A DNA stretch of 63,823 nt, filler included, from Octopus bimaculoides (taxonomy: Eukaryota): assembly GCF_001194135.2 (NCBI RefSeq). It is 6 parts of 6 records of this genome, joined end to end, with 100 filler letters (N's around TTAATTAATTAA, not from the genome) between each part and the next. Parts side by side here need not be neighbours in the genome. Positions count along the whole stretch, not along the records: positions 44,679 to 59,317 come from NC_069000.1; positions 59,418 to 61,763 come from NC_069003.1; positions 61,864 to 63,823 come from NW_026400595.1; 3 more parts are not named here. One strand, 5' to 3'. This document shows positions 51,771-63,823 of this stretch, piece after piece. The position numbers and the translations under genes are program-made. The notes under the pieces are model-generated. The model ran no database searches, was not told the origin of the DNA, and saw nothing but the letters and a program-made list of their open reading frames with translations. Positions within the stretch are counted from its first letter, which is position 1; the number at the start of each line of letters is the position of its first letter.

Positions 51771-52406
51771 CGAGTGATATGCATATATATATATATATAG
51801 GTATACACATATACATGTACATGTATAACTATAGATGTACATATATAAATCATATACACACGTATATATGTGTATGTATATGTATATATAGAGAGAGAGG
51901 GTGAGAGTGAGAGAGAGAGAGAGAGATACATATATAGACGAATATCAGTATGTATATATCACTCCGTGTATGTGTGTGAGTGTGCGCGTGCGCGCGTCTG
52001 TTGGTCAGCATGTACATGTGTATGAGTTATGTAAGTATGTTTCTCTTTTTTTTCTTTTTGTACTCTATATCCTTTTTTTTTATTCCCAATTCTCTTTAGG
52101 TTTAAATTTTAATATTGCTTTTGAAAAAAAAGAAGTCTATTTTAATAAGAAAATAAAAACTGTTTATATTGTGTCGATTTATTAAAATTCATCCGTCAGT
52201 CAATTTTTTTTTCCTTTTTTCGCCGACATTTTTCTTTCTCAAGATGTTGTAAGTTTTAAGTCGTAATCTTTTTTTATGATCTTTAAATTACAAAAGAATA
52301 ACTTGGCTGTAAATCTTGAATAATAACCTAAAATTACATTTATAGACAACGAATGATAAGTTGAAACAAAAAACAAAAAAAAACCGTTAACAACAACAAC
52401 AACAGC

Positions 52407-52477
<71 letters not shown>

Positions 52478-53089
52478 TAAGACTTTAACTGTCTGGGTTG
52501 TAATGAAATCGCAGACTTTTATTTGTGTCCGAAAAAAACTTGAATGAAACGCTGTTAAAAGACTGGGTAAAGTCTGAAATCAAAGTAATCTAGTTCTTTC
52601 TACTGGAAGCACAAGGCCTCGAAGTCGATTACATTGACCCCAGTGCGGACGGACGGACGGACGGACGGACGTACCTATGTTCTCTTTCCTTTTTTTAATT
52701 TAGAATAAATTCTGACCGGCCACCTACTTGGTAGCAAGACTGTGAAGGAGAGCATCTTGTTTTGTCCAGCATCATTGAAATTCTAAGAAGGTCTTGCAAA
52801 TTCTTCTAGCCCCAGATATCGTGACCATTTGTAGCATACGAATTCATTAAGGACTTGCGTTTCTTCACAAGATCCTAAGTTCATACATGTGGTACGATAT
52901 TCTTCTCATTTAAGTTCTTGAGAGAGTTCGAACCGATGGCAATCAAAGCGACAAAGCTTTCTGAGCTGAGAGAGTTCCGCTGTTTGTAAATGTGTGATTG
53001 ATTTGGTGTGTTGGTTCAGCTGTCGATGCATATACCTAAGTGTGAGCATCTTCTCACCTGAAGAATCTCAGATGGAGAATCATTGGAAA

Positions 53090-53270
53090 GCCGTACAAAT
53101 CTAATAGATTGTGTGCCACTAATAGATTCGATTTAGAGAATCTGCGTCAGCTTCTTTTGATCTTTCTTCGAAAAACCTAATATTTCTAGGATTTTGGATA
53201 AATTTTTTGGTACATAACATAATGCATCTATGTTAAAAAGTATAAATGAGTCTTCAAGTTAGAGGACAAG
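53090..53270 (-). mobile_element. RLE LINE C-terminal scrap
   Basis: KILEILGFSKKDQKKLTQIL*IESISGTQSI parallels LEKLGFSNLERRKLIRRLQIQSISRTVKI at 41340-41430. Confidence 0.45.
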
Positions 53271-54729
53271 GCCTGCATTATTTCGTTATAAGTGTTCTCT
53301 TTCTCCTGGACTTATGGCTGGCGTCTACGAGAGTGCATGACTTTTGTCCTCTGTCCCACTGAACAATACCAGCTTTGTTATGTTGGAACTGAATTGTTAT
53401 TTTTATTGAAGTGTTCCACGAGTATTCCTGGTTATCAAAGGAACATGTATGTATAAATATACAGAGAGGGAGAAGGAGAGAGAGAGAGAGAGAAAGACTG
53501 AGAGAAAGAAAAAGAAAGGGTTGTCTCACGAAGCCACAAAATTGGCGATGAAAATGCAAAGTCACTGTTTCACACCACTTTGTGGCACTCAACTTGAAAC
53601 GTGTTGAGTCATCTTTCCATAAAAGACTATTTTCAAGAATAGCCGTACGCACACACACACACACACACATACACACATATGTATATATATATATATATAT
53701 ATGTATGGAGGTGTATGTGCGTATTCACGTGCTTCTATTTTTAATCCGTTTAACACCGAGTCCAGTGACGCATATTCCACAGAAATCCGATTGTGCGGCG
53801 TTGGACGAGCGTTGTGCAGTGCGGCCACTTCAGAAACCAATTGAAACTCAGAAATGTGTCGTTTATGTCCACTTCTAGATTAGTTCTTAACAAATATAGA
53901 TTAGTAATGGAAATACNNNNNNNNNNNNNNNNNNNNNNNNNNNNNNNNNNNNNNNNNNNNNNNNNNNNNNNNNNNNNNNNNNNNNNNNNNNNNNNNNNNN
54001 NNNNNNNNNNNNNNNNNNNNNNNNNNNNNNNNNNNNNNNNNNNNNNNNNNNNNNNNNNNNNNNNNNNNNNNNNNNNNNNNNNNNNNNNNNNNNNNNNNNN
54101 NNNNNNNNNNNNNNNNNNNNNNNNNNNNNNNNNNNNNNNNNNNNNNNNNNNNNNNNNNNNNNNNNNNNNNNNNNNNNNNNNNNNNNNNNNNNNNNNNNNN
54201 NNNNNNNNNNNNNNNNNNNNNNNNNNNNNNNNNNNNNNNNNNNNNNNNNNNNNNNNNNNNNNNNNNNNNNNNNNNNNNNNNNNNNNNNNNNNNNNNNNNN
54301 NNNNNNNNNNNNNNNNNNNNNNNNNNNNNNNNNNNNNNNNNNNNNNNNNNNNNNNNNNNNNNNNNNNNNNNNNNNNNNNNNNNNNNNNNNNNNNNNNNNN
54401 NNNNNNNNNNNNNNNNNNNNNNNNNNNNNNNNNNNNNNNNNNNNNNNNNNNNNNNNNNNNNNNNNNNNNNNNNNNNNNNNNNNNNNNNNNNNNNNNNNNN
54501 NNNNNNNNNNNNNNNNNNNNNNNNNNNNNNNNNNNNNNNNNNNNNNNNNNNNNNNNNNNNNNNNNNNNNNNNNNNNNNNNNNNNNNNNNNNNNNNNNNNN
54601 NNNNNNNNNNNNNNNNNNNNNNNNNNNNNNNNNNNNNNNNNNNNNNNNNNNNNNTATATATATATATATATACACACACACACTCATACATATATTTGTT
54701 CCATACAATATATATATACGTAACCGTTA

Positions 54730-54974
54730 TCTGAAAGTGCTGCTGCAATTGACTGCCAGGTATCTGCACATAGATTTGTAAACAAAATCTCCATCACAAC
54801 ATATCCGTCACACCGTCGTCTTCTCGATACTTTCATTTCCGTACACTTGACACTATCTCCATCTGTCAAGAGTTTAAGTACCAGATAAGTAGAGGTATTG
54901 ATGTAATGTGAGGCCATATGACAAATAACTCCATTGTTATGGTTCAAACCCCCCACCACATATACGATTTGCAA
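54730..54974 (-). pseudogene. Possible Kelch-repeat-like coding fragment
   Basis: Stop-free IVYVVGGLNHNNGVICHMASHYINTSTY...MKVSRR...DTWQSIAAAL has the hydrophobic-GG and distal W pattern; splice sites weak. Confidence 0.3.
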
Positions 54975-55189
54975 ATCCCCTACCCCCCGTATTTTTATTG
55001 TTTATTGTATTTTGGCTGTTTTTATTTTTGTTGTTGTTGTTGTTGTTTTTCTATGGATATCTCGCAGTTATACTTTCTGCAAAGTCTTCGGCACTTATGA
55101 TAATAAAAGAAATTATTATTCGTTGAACCGTTAGGGCATCAGGCAGAATGCTTTGCTCGTACTTATTTGTGTCCTCGTGCTTTTCTTAG

Positions 55190-55300
55190 AAATGATCATC
55201 CATCGTCGTCATCGCCGTCATCGTCATTGTCATCACCACGGTCACCGCTACCGCCGTCGTCGTCGTTGTCGGTATCTGTGGCATCATCATCATCATCATC

Positions 55301-55334
<34 letters not shown>

Positions 55335-55810
55335 ACATCATCATCACCGTCATCCTCGTCATCATCAGATTACCCTGCTATTGTTGTTGCTTTTGCTATC
55401 TTGTTGTTGTTGTTGTTGTTGTTATGTGTGTTGTTGCTCTATTCGTTGTTTTTGATGTTGTTGTCGTCGTCGTTGTTGTTGTTGTTGTTGTTGTTGTTTA
55501 AACACTATAGTAATTATCAAAACAATCTTCAATTTAGGTCACGTGATCATTATTTAAATTTATGACTCGATATTCTTTTGAAAGGAATCAAAGTTGTAAT
55601 GCTTTCGTTTTGTGCATTATCACCATCACTTTATTATTATCATCATCATCATCATCATTTCTTTATTATTATTATTATCATTATTATCATTATTATTATT
55701 ATCATCATCATCATTATTATTATCATCATCATCATCATCATCATCATTTTATTATTATTATTGTTGTTGTTGTTAGTAATATTATCATTATTATTATTAT
55801 TTTGTTTTTG
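55190..55810. repeat. Compound (CAT)n/(TTG)n/(TTA)n tracts
   Basis: Directly visible. Confidence 0.9.
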
Positions 55811-56451
55811 GTTTCTTTTGTATTTTTAAAGGAAATGTACTTATATTTTCCCAGTATCATAATTGTCACTTGACTTATCTTTTTTTCTTTGTTTGTTGTT
55901 TATCTAAAGTACGTTTTTATATTATCATTTATTTAATTGCTCCATTTTCATTTCATTTTATTGCAGGAAGGCGAAGGCAGAGAGGGAAGTGTTGCCATCT
56001 AGTGTGTTTATCAAAAGGTAGACGCAAGTAGACTGAACGGATTGACTCTGAATATGCTTTTTCCAACTAAAGAGACAAGTAAACTGGAAGACGGAACTTC
56101 CCATGCCTTGGAGTAGGCAGAAGAGTAACCGGGGGTTTTGCGTGGGGGTTTTTGCGTGGACTACTTCGCTATTAGAGATTCTATTTATTTGTTAATTATT
56201 CACTTCTCCAACTTCTATTTGTACATCCTTTTGTTAGATCTTTTAACTTTGTAGTGTCTCCCTTTCGTCGATGTAAACCTTCATCCATTTTCTGTGTTGT
56301 GTGTCGTTCTTTCTTATTGTTCTCCACGTCCTGGGCCCTTGTAGCCAATAAAAAGAAAATAATTACTATTATTGTCGTTACAGCTGTTGTTGTTGTTGTT
56401 GTTCATATACACACAGCAGATTAGACTATTGGAAATTATTATTATTATTAT

Positions 56452-56504
<53 letters not shown>

Positions 56505-56506
56505 AG

Positions 56507-56895
56507 ACGGCGTGCTGGCAGAATCGTTAGCACGCCGGGCGAAATGCTTAGCGGTGTTTCGTCCGTCTTTACGTTCTGAGTTCAAATTCCACCAACGTCG
56601 ACTTTACTTTTCATCCTTTCAGTGTCGATAAATCAGGTACCAGTGAAACACTAGGATCGATGTAATTGGCCAGTACCCTCCCCCACAAAAAAAAATTCAG
56701 AACTTGTGCCTACAGCAGAAAAGATTATTATTATTATTATTGTTAAAACGGTAAGCTGTCAGAATCGTTTGCACGTCCTATTTGCCTTTCATCCTTTCAG
56801 GGTCGATAAATTAAGTACCAGTCAAGTACTGAGGTCGATGTAATCGATTGTCCCCCACCCCTCAAAAATCCAGGCCTTATGGCTATAGTAGAAAA
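56507..56895 (+). mobile_element. Two tandem SINE family A copies after (TAG)n
   Basis: Full head and core at 56507-56725; internally deleted copy at 56745-56895. Confidence 0.88.
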
Positions 56896-57431
56896 TATCA
56901 TCATCATCATATATTTCTATATATCCTCTATCATTCATTTGCTCTATTTTATTTTATTTACTATTTCACATCACTTCAAAACCATTTCTTTTATTTATTT
57001 GTTCTGTAGAATTCCTCGCTTCCTCTTGCAGCCAATGCCATTTATTATAAGTGAAATCATGTTTTAACATTTTCAATCGTTGTACTCTCTATGAAGAAGA
57101 AAAAAACCTTCCTGTTTCACTCTTAAACTAATGAGCCAAATGTTTTAACAATGGCCTTCTCTGTTTCTCTTATACATTCAAATGCATTCATTTGTTTATC
57201 AATTCTCGATTTAGTTCCTTTTTTGGACTAAACGCAATAACTCTCTCTTAAAAGCTGCATAAAAGACTCTCACTTCGTTTTAATGTCTGTTTATTCCTTT
57301 ATCTAAATAACGTTCTAAACATTTACCCTAACTTTTGACTTTGCCAGAATTTCTCTGTGGAACCTTCGACAGAAATTCTCAAACACTGAACTCGATGTAA
57401 TTTTATGAAGTAATAAACAACGACCCACGCA

Positions 57432-57551
57432 AGCGGTGGGCTGGCAGAATCGTTAGCACACCGGGCGAAATGCTCAGCGGTATTTCGTCTGTCTTTACTT
57501 TCTGAGTTCAAATTCCGCCGAGGTCGACTTTGCTTTTTATCCTTTCGGGGA
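57432..57551 (+). mobile_element. SINE family A, 3'-truncated
   Basis: Head, B-box and start of core, ending at (TG)n. Confidence 0.88.
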
Positions 57552-57575
57552 TGTGTGTGTGTGTGTGTGTGTGTG

Positions 57576-57830
57576 AAGGTGCGCGCATTAATGTCCAGAG
57601 GTGTTGGACTCATGATCGTGAGATTGTGGTTTCGATTTCTCGACGGGACGAGGAGTTCAATCCTTGAGCAAAACATTCCATTTCACGTTGTTCAGGTCCA
57701 TTCGGCTGGTTCACATGAGTAATCCCGTGACAGACAGACGTCCCATCTGGTGATGCAATATATGAATCAGGAAAAACCAGGAAACCGGCCTCGAGAGTCT
57801 ATATGACTCACGGAGATCTTTTATTCTATT
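57576..57830 (+). mobile_element. SINE family C (tRNA-derived)
   Basis: GGTGTTGGACTCATGATCGTGAGATTGTGGTTTCGATT head, CCTTGAGCAAAACATTCCATTTCACGTTG core, GAAAACCAGGAAACCGGCC tail. Confidence 0.7.
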
Positions 57831-57871
57831 ATCACGTGTGAGTGTATATATCATCATCATCACCATCATCG

Positions 57872-57902
<31 letters not shown>

Positions 57903-57998
57903 TATCATCATCCCATCCAAGAGGAGTCGATGCTAGATGTGTCGAAACAATTGTCGTGATTAACAATAAATTCTCGTATATTCCATCTGCTGTCTTTC

Positions 57999-58030
<32 letters not shown>

Positions 58031-58250
58031 ACACACATACACACACACACACACACACATACAGATCAAATATGTTATATATGTGTATGTATATATGTAA
58101 GCTTGAATGTCCGCTGACAGACATGCTCACGGACACACAAATTAATAATAGACATTTATGGCGGACGAGGCGAGGGGAATAATATGTAAAACTCGAATAT
58201 AATCTGCTTTGTATGCAGATGACATTATGCATACATAGATATATGCATTC

Positions 58251-58290
<40 letters not shown>

Positions 58291-58775
58291 ATATATATAT
58301 ATATATATACATATATATGTATATAAATATATGTATGTATATATCTATGTATGTATGTATGTATGTATATGTCCACAAAGATGATGTGGGATTGTCATGT
58401 CTTTCATTTATTGAAGGTTACGTGTTCTTGTCTGGGTTGCGTAAGAAAAGGAATTTAATTAAAGACTGGCTAATAATAACGATCGTGTTGATAACGAAAA
58501 CGACGATGATGATGATGATGATACTACTACTACTACTACTACTAATAATAATAATAATAATAATAATGATAATAATAATGGTAATAATAGTAATAAATGA
58601 ACGGACAATGGGTTTTTCTTTCGTCGTCCTGATGTATTGTGTTACAGCTCTGAGCAAAGAATAAAGAACCTCAATCCTACACACACACACACACACACAC
58701 ACAGCACACATGAGATGTGTGTGCGCATATATATACATATATGTGTGTGTGTGTGTGTGTGTATGTGTGTATACG

Positions 58776-58806
<31 letters not shown>

Positions 58807-59127
58807 ATATATATATATATATATATGTATTAAGTATGTATGTATATGTATGTATGCATGTTTGTACATATGTATGTATAAATATACAAACATATACACA
58901 TGTATATATGTATATTTCTTACACAGACACACACACGTATATGTATGTATATCCACACATATTCAAATATGTATGGGTGTGCGAGTGTGTATGTGTATCT
59001 GTATGTCTGTGTGTATGCATGTATAATCCCTGTAGCATTTCAATGATATATAAATTATTCTACATTTTCTTTTCACATCCTTTTATATTCTGCTGTTGGT
59101 GTACTTTCAATAGTATTTTGCCATGAC

Positions 59128-59300
59128 TACTCTTTTACTTGTTTCAGTCATTTGACTGCGGCCATGCTGGAGCACCGCCTTTTTAGTCGGGCAAATCGAC
59201 CCCAGGACTTATTCTTTGCTAAGTTACGGGGACCTAAACACACCAGCATCGGTTGTCAAGCGATGTTGAGGGGACAAACACAGACACACAAACACACACA
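59128..59300 (-). mobile_element. SINE family B, 3' part
   Basis: TACTCTTTTACTTGTTTCAGTCATTTGACTGCGGCCATGCTGGAGCACCGCC..CATCGGTTGTCAAGCGATG. Confidence 0.9.
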
Positions 59301-59418
59301 CACACACACACATACATNNNNNNNNNNNNNNNNNNNNNNNNNNNNNNNNNNNNNNNNNNNNTTAATTAATTAANNNNNNNNNNNNNNNNNNNNNNNNNNN
59401 NNNNNNNNNNNNNNNNNC

Positions 59419-59585
59419 CCACTACACTCTCGGAGTGGTTGGCGTTAGGAAGGGCATCCAGCTGTAGAAACTTTGCCAAATTAGATTGGAGCCTGGTGTT
59501 GCCATCCGGTTTCACCAGTCCTCAGTCAAATCGTCCAACCCGTGCCAGCATGGAAAGCGGACGTTAAACGATGATGATGATGATG
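59419..59585 (+). mobile_element. LINE/SINE 3' tail ending in (GAT)n, RTE-type
   Basis: GGTTGGCGTTAGGAAGGGCATCCAGCTGTAGAAAC..CAACCCGTGCCAGCATGGAAAGCGGACGTTAAACGATGATG. Confidence 0.75.
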
Positions 59586-59725
59586 ATATATATATATATA
59601 TATAGACATAGATATATATATATATATACAAATATATATATCATCATCATATATATACACACACACACATATATACACACACATACATATATACATATAC
59701 ATATATTATACATATACATATATAA

Positions 59726-59792
<67 letters not shown>

Positions 59793-60005
59793 ATCACACA
59801 CACACATACGTACACATATATAATACATATGCATATGTATGTTTATGTATGTGTGTGTGTGTGTATGTGTGTTATAGTTGAATAACCTCTTTTGAATACC
59901 TGAGAGCAAACCGGTAAACGTTTGGAGTTATTCCTTACTATTTACACATATATGTATGAATGTCGCTGGCTATCTAGTAATCTCTCTCTCTATATATCTC
60001 CCTCC

Positions 60006-60057
<52 letters not shown>

Positions 60058-60332
60058 NNNNNNNNNNNNNNNNNNNNNNNNNNNNNNNNNNNNNNNNNNN
60101 NNNNNNNNNNNNNNNNNNNNNNNNNNNNNNNNNNNNNNNNNNNNNNNNNNNNNNNNNNNNNNNNNNNNNNNNNNNNNNNNNNNNNNNNNNNNNNNNNNNN
60201 NNNNNNNNNNNNNNNNNNNNNNNNNNNNNNNNNNNNNNNNNNNNNNNNNNNNNNNNNNNAAAAAAAAAAAACTAGTTAACTAACACGTTAGTCTCCGCAC
60301 TAGTACGTATAAGTGCTACACTTGTCTCGTTA

Positions 60333-60346
60333 GTTGCCATGACAAC
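60333..60346. promoter_or_regulatory. RFX X-box GTTGCCATGACAAC
   Basis: 13/14 match to GTTGCCATGGCAAC within a unique, CpG-retaining island (60265-60590). Confidence 0.5.
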
Positions 60347-60869
60347 CGCCACTTACTGGTTTTAAATCTTTTTTTCCTGTTCCTCATCTTATTCTGATCC
60401 ACCCATCACTACCACCACCACCTCCACTTACATCAGCATCATCACCGACGTCATCATCATAGCCAAACGGCTGTTCGCGTTGGCGGCAACGCCTGTTAGT
60501 GGTAGGACGGCGGCTCGGTGCAGGCCAAAACCAGATGGAATAACCCGTTTTGTTTGTTGATGTTCATTTCGTTTCTTGTGACTCATAGAAAATTAAGTGC
60601 ACTCACGCATACATTATACATACAGCAACAGATACATATGGTTACTTACACACACACACGCACACGCACACACACACACACACGCACACACACATCTAGA
60701 CACATAAACTTAAATGAATTATTATAAGCATTCAGATACATCCAAGTAGACAAATGGAAATAAAAACACACACATGCACACATACTCAAATACGTTATTA
60801 TTCGTAGATAGATACCCAAGATATATACACATAAACACCCGAAAACTTTCTCTCACGCATACACCCATA

Positions 60870-60940
<71 letters not shown>

Positions 60941-61309
60941 AAATACGTTATACGTTTACAGACAGAAATTCAAAATACATTCACACACAAACACTCACAC
61001 ACACACACATACCGCATCACACTTTCCATTATCCAATCAGAAACATCTTTTTCCATTCAAAACTAAGAGCTTCGCAAAGTTTCTTTGAATTGCCAGGAAT
61101 TTGACCGTTTAGAGTAAAAAATTCTAAATGCAGCTTTCAGGTTTCTTTGAGAAATATTTCGTTTCCATTTCCTTTCTTCTTCTATGGTAAAGATTAAAGT
61201 TAAAACTTCCTGAAAGTTCAATGTTCTCCCATCGAATAGCGACATTTAATTTCTTTTTCGAATAAAATGTTAATATTCAAATTAGCAACAAAAACAACAA
61301 CAACAACAA

Positions 61310-61652
61310 TAATGATTTCAAATTTTGGCACAAGTCCAGCAATTTTAGGGGATGGAGTAAGTCAATTAGATCGAGCCCGGTCCTCAACTGGTACTTATTT
61401 GATCGATTCCGAAAGGATGAAAGGCAAAGTCGTCCTTGGCGGAATTTGAACTCAATGACGGACGAAATGCTGCCAAGCATCTTTGCCTGGCGTGCTAACG
61501 ATTCTGCCAGGTCGCTGCCACTTAATTCATCACCCCCGAGAGGATGAATGGCAAAGCCGACTTCAGCGGAATTTGAACTTAGAACCTAAGGACGGACGAA
61601 ATGCTGCTAAGCATTTCGACCGGCGTGCTAACGATTCTGCCAGGTCGCCGCC
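61310..61652 (-). mobile_element. Two tandem SINE family A copies
   Basis: Reverse-complement heads (GCGACCTGGCAGAATCGTTAGCACGCC) ending at about 61518 and 61652. Confidence 0.88.
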
Positions 61653-61707
<55 letters not shown>

Positions 61708-62075
61708 TGATGATGATGATGATTTCTTTATTAACCACAAGGGTTTACATGAAGAAAAACATGNNNNNNNNNNNNNNNNNNNNNNNNNNNNNNNNNNNNN
61801 NNNNNNNTTAATTAATTAANNNNNNNNNNNNNNNNNNNNNNNNNNNNNNNNNNNNNNNNNNNNATGTATGTATGTACGTATGTGGATATCTTGCTTTGCT
61901 TTGTTTCTGGATCATGTCACTAGAGTGATGAGAGTCTGTAAGTGTTTTGCTGCGAAGCCGCGGGTGCGAACCTGCATGAATCCGACTGTGGGTGCTATAA
62001 ACCTTATGCTCAGGCATTGCCGACATTTGCATGAGCAATGGTCAGTGATAGTCTTCCTTGGTCACGAATGCACAG

Positions 62076-62118
<43 letters not shown>

Positions 62119-62586
62119 CGTCCACTTCTGACCGAAGAAGACCATTGCTGACCTTCAGGAACATTGTACTCTCTATGATATAGCAGCACATATCGAGCAG
62201 AGATCATCAATGCCGTGCAGAGTTTTAGGTCCAATAAGGCTTGCACGACACCTCATAGACCCTCTCCACTTTATTGACATTATCCAGATACAAGCCAGAG
62301 CAGGATGTCTGGTGCTAATATAAGTCGCAGGCTCAGGGATGTGGGAGCGCCATGATCTCTAGCACAAACCAAAGATCCTCAAAATGTCCAATGCCATTCC
62401 CTGCGTATCTGATTTTATATCTGAGTGACCTTCGCCTAAGGACATGCTTCAACAAAAGCTGAGGGGTGCCTCATCCCAGTGGTCTTTCACCCCGGAATTT
62501 CTGCGTACCCGTGCTATTGCTAGATAGCCGTTGAGCCTGCATTAGGTTCATCCGACCTTTCAACAGGTCTTGTTTTTAATCCTGCT

Positions 62587-62630
62587 GGGTTTCTAGCAAC
62601 CCTCCTCACCGGGGTAGCCTGGTGGGGGTG
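62587..62630 (+). ncRNA. HDV-like ribozyme fold, 5' two-thirds (rest in gap), probably at an RTE-type LINE 5' region
   Basis: P1 GGGTTTC(62587-93)/GTAGCCT(62614-20) with G1-U wobble, 6 of 7 pairs; P3 CCC/GGG; L3 TCCTCACC (HDV: UCCUCGC); P1.1 CC/GG (62621-22); P4 start TGGGGGTG. Confidence 0.55.
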
Positions 62631-63823
62631 NNNNNNNNNNNNNNNNNNNNNNNNNNNNNNNNNNNNNNNNNNNNNNNNNNNNNNNNNNNNNNNNNNNNNN
62701 NNNNNNNNNNNNNNNNNNNNNNNNNNNNNNNNNNNNNNNNNNNNNNNNNNNNNNNNNNNNNNNNNNNNNNNNNNNNNNNNNNNNNNNNNNNNNNNNNNNN
62801 NNNNNNNNNNNNNNNNNNNNNNNNNNNNNNNNNNNNNNNNNNNNNNNNNNNNNNNNNNNNNNNNNNNNNNNNNNNNNNNNNNNNNNNNNNNNNNNNNNNN
62901 NNNNNNNNNNNNNNNNNNNNNNNNNNNNNNNNNNNNNNNNNNNNNNNNNNNNNNNNNNNNNNNNNNNNNNNNNNNNNNNNNNNNNNNNNNNNNNNNNNNN
63001 NNNNNNNNNNNNNNNNNNNNNNNNNNNNNNNNNNNNNNNNNNNNNNNNNNNNNNNNNNNNNNNNNNNNNNNNNNNNNNNNNNNNNNNNNNNNNNNNNNNN
63101 NNNNNNNNNNNNNNNNNNNNNNNNNNNNNNNNNNNNNNNNNNNNNNNNNNNNNNNNNNNNNNNNNNNNNNNNNNNNNNNNNNNNNNNNNNNNNNNNNNNN
63201 NNNNNNNNNNNNNNNNNNNNNNNNNNNNNNNNNNNNNNNNNNNNNNNNNNNNNNNNNNNNNNNNNNNNNNNNNNNNNNNNNNNNNNNNNNNNNNNNNNNN
63301 NNNNNNNNNNNNNNNNNNNNNNNNNNNNNNNNNNNNNNNNNATATATGATGGCTACTCATGACAAATGTAGACCATCATTTACCAATGCCCATTCAATGG
63401 TCAATGATGGTCACGTATGTATGTATGTATGTATGTATGTATGTAGGTAGGTAGGTAGGTAGGGAGAGGGAGGTGGGCAGGTAAGGGCATTTTCACACGA
63501 AAGTATTTCTTGAAATTCAGCGGCCATAAAATATATAAAGACACGTGATATCGTATCAGCGGAATGACAGAGAAGAAGTCGTCAAAGAATTTAACAGTTC
63601 ATATACTCCCCTAGTATTAAACCAAAGTTATACGAAAGCCAGAAGAATACAAATACCTCCAATTTGTTTGCAAACCTACTTTACAAAATGTTTAAGTTAC
63701 AAAAATTAACATTAAAAGTAGAGTTTGAAATTAACTTAAAGAAATAGGCTGTTATAGTAATTAAAAGATTAAATACTACGTAATCATAAATGTATATTTA
63801 TGGGGGCGCATACACATCAGTGT

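Noticed and set aside
55967-56032. Strong plus-strand acceptor (TTTTATTGCAG|) with short reading frames
   Set aside because: All frames stop within about 20 codons; cannot be assigned without transcripts.

Overview
Eukaryotic, repeat-saturated, gap-rich draft-assembly DNA. The SINE families, the (TA/CA/CAT/AAT)n density and the LINE types point to an octopod cephalopod, probably Octopus (inference). Almost all listed ORFs are microsatellite or N-gap artefacts. Supportable content: the 5' LTR, PBS and gag start of a Ty3/gypsy-like element (1-403, minus); a TIR-bounded decayed mariner; RTE-, CR1- and R4/Dong-like LINE relics; three Penelope fragments; more than 20 copies of three tRNA-derived SINE families; one convincing host coding exon (8618-9081, minus); a decayed class-A GPCR (about 36.2-36.8 kb, minus); and RFX X-box-like sites. 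The most unusual signals are RNA-level: (1) the LTR element's primer-binding site is complementary to the 5'-terminal 12 nt of tRNA-Phe rather than to any tRNA 3' CCA end; (2) a complete type I hammerhead ribozyme with no adjacent Penelope ORF (26488-26574); (3) an HDV-like ribozyme fold cut off by a gap (62587-62630). No database search or folding program was run; family names come from recalled motifs. Repeat boundaries are approximate unless a terminus is quoted.
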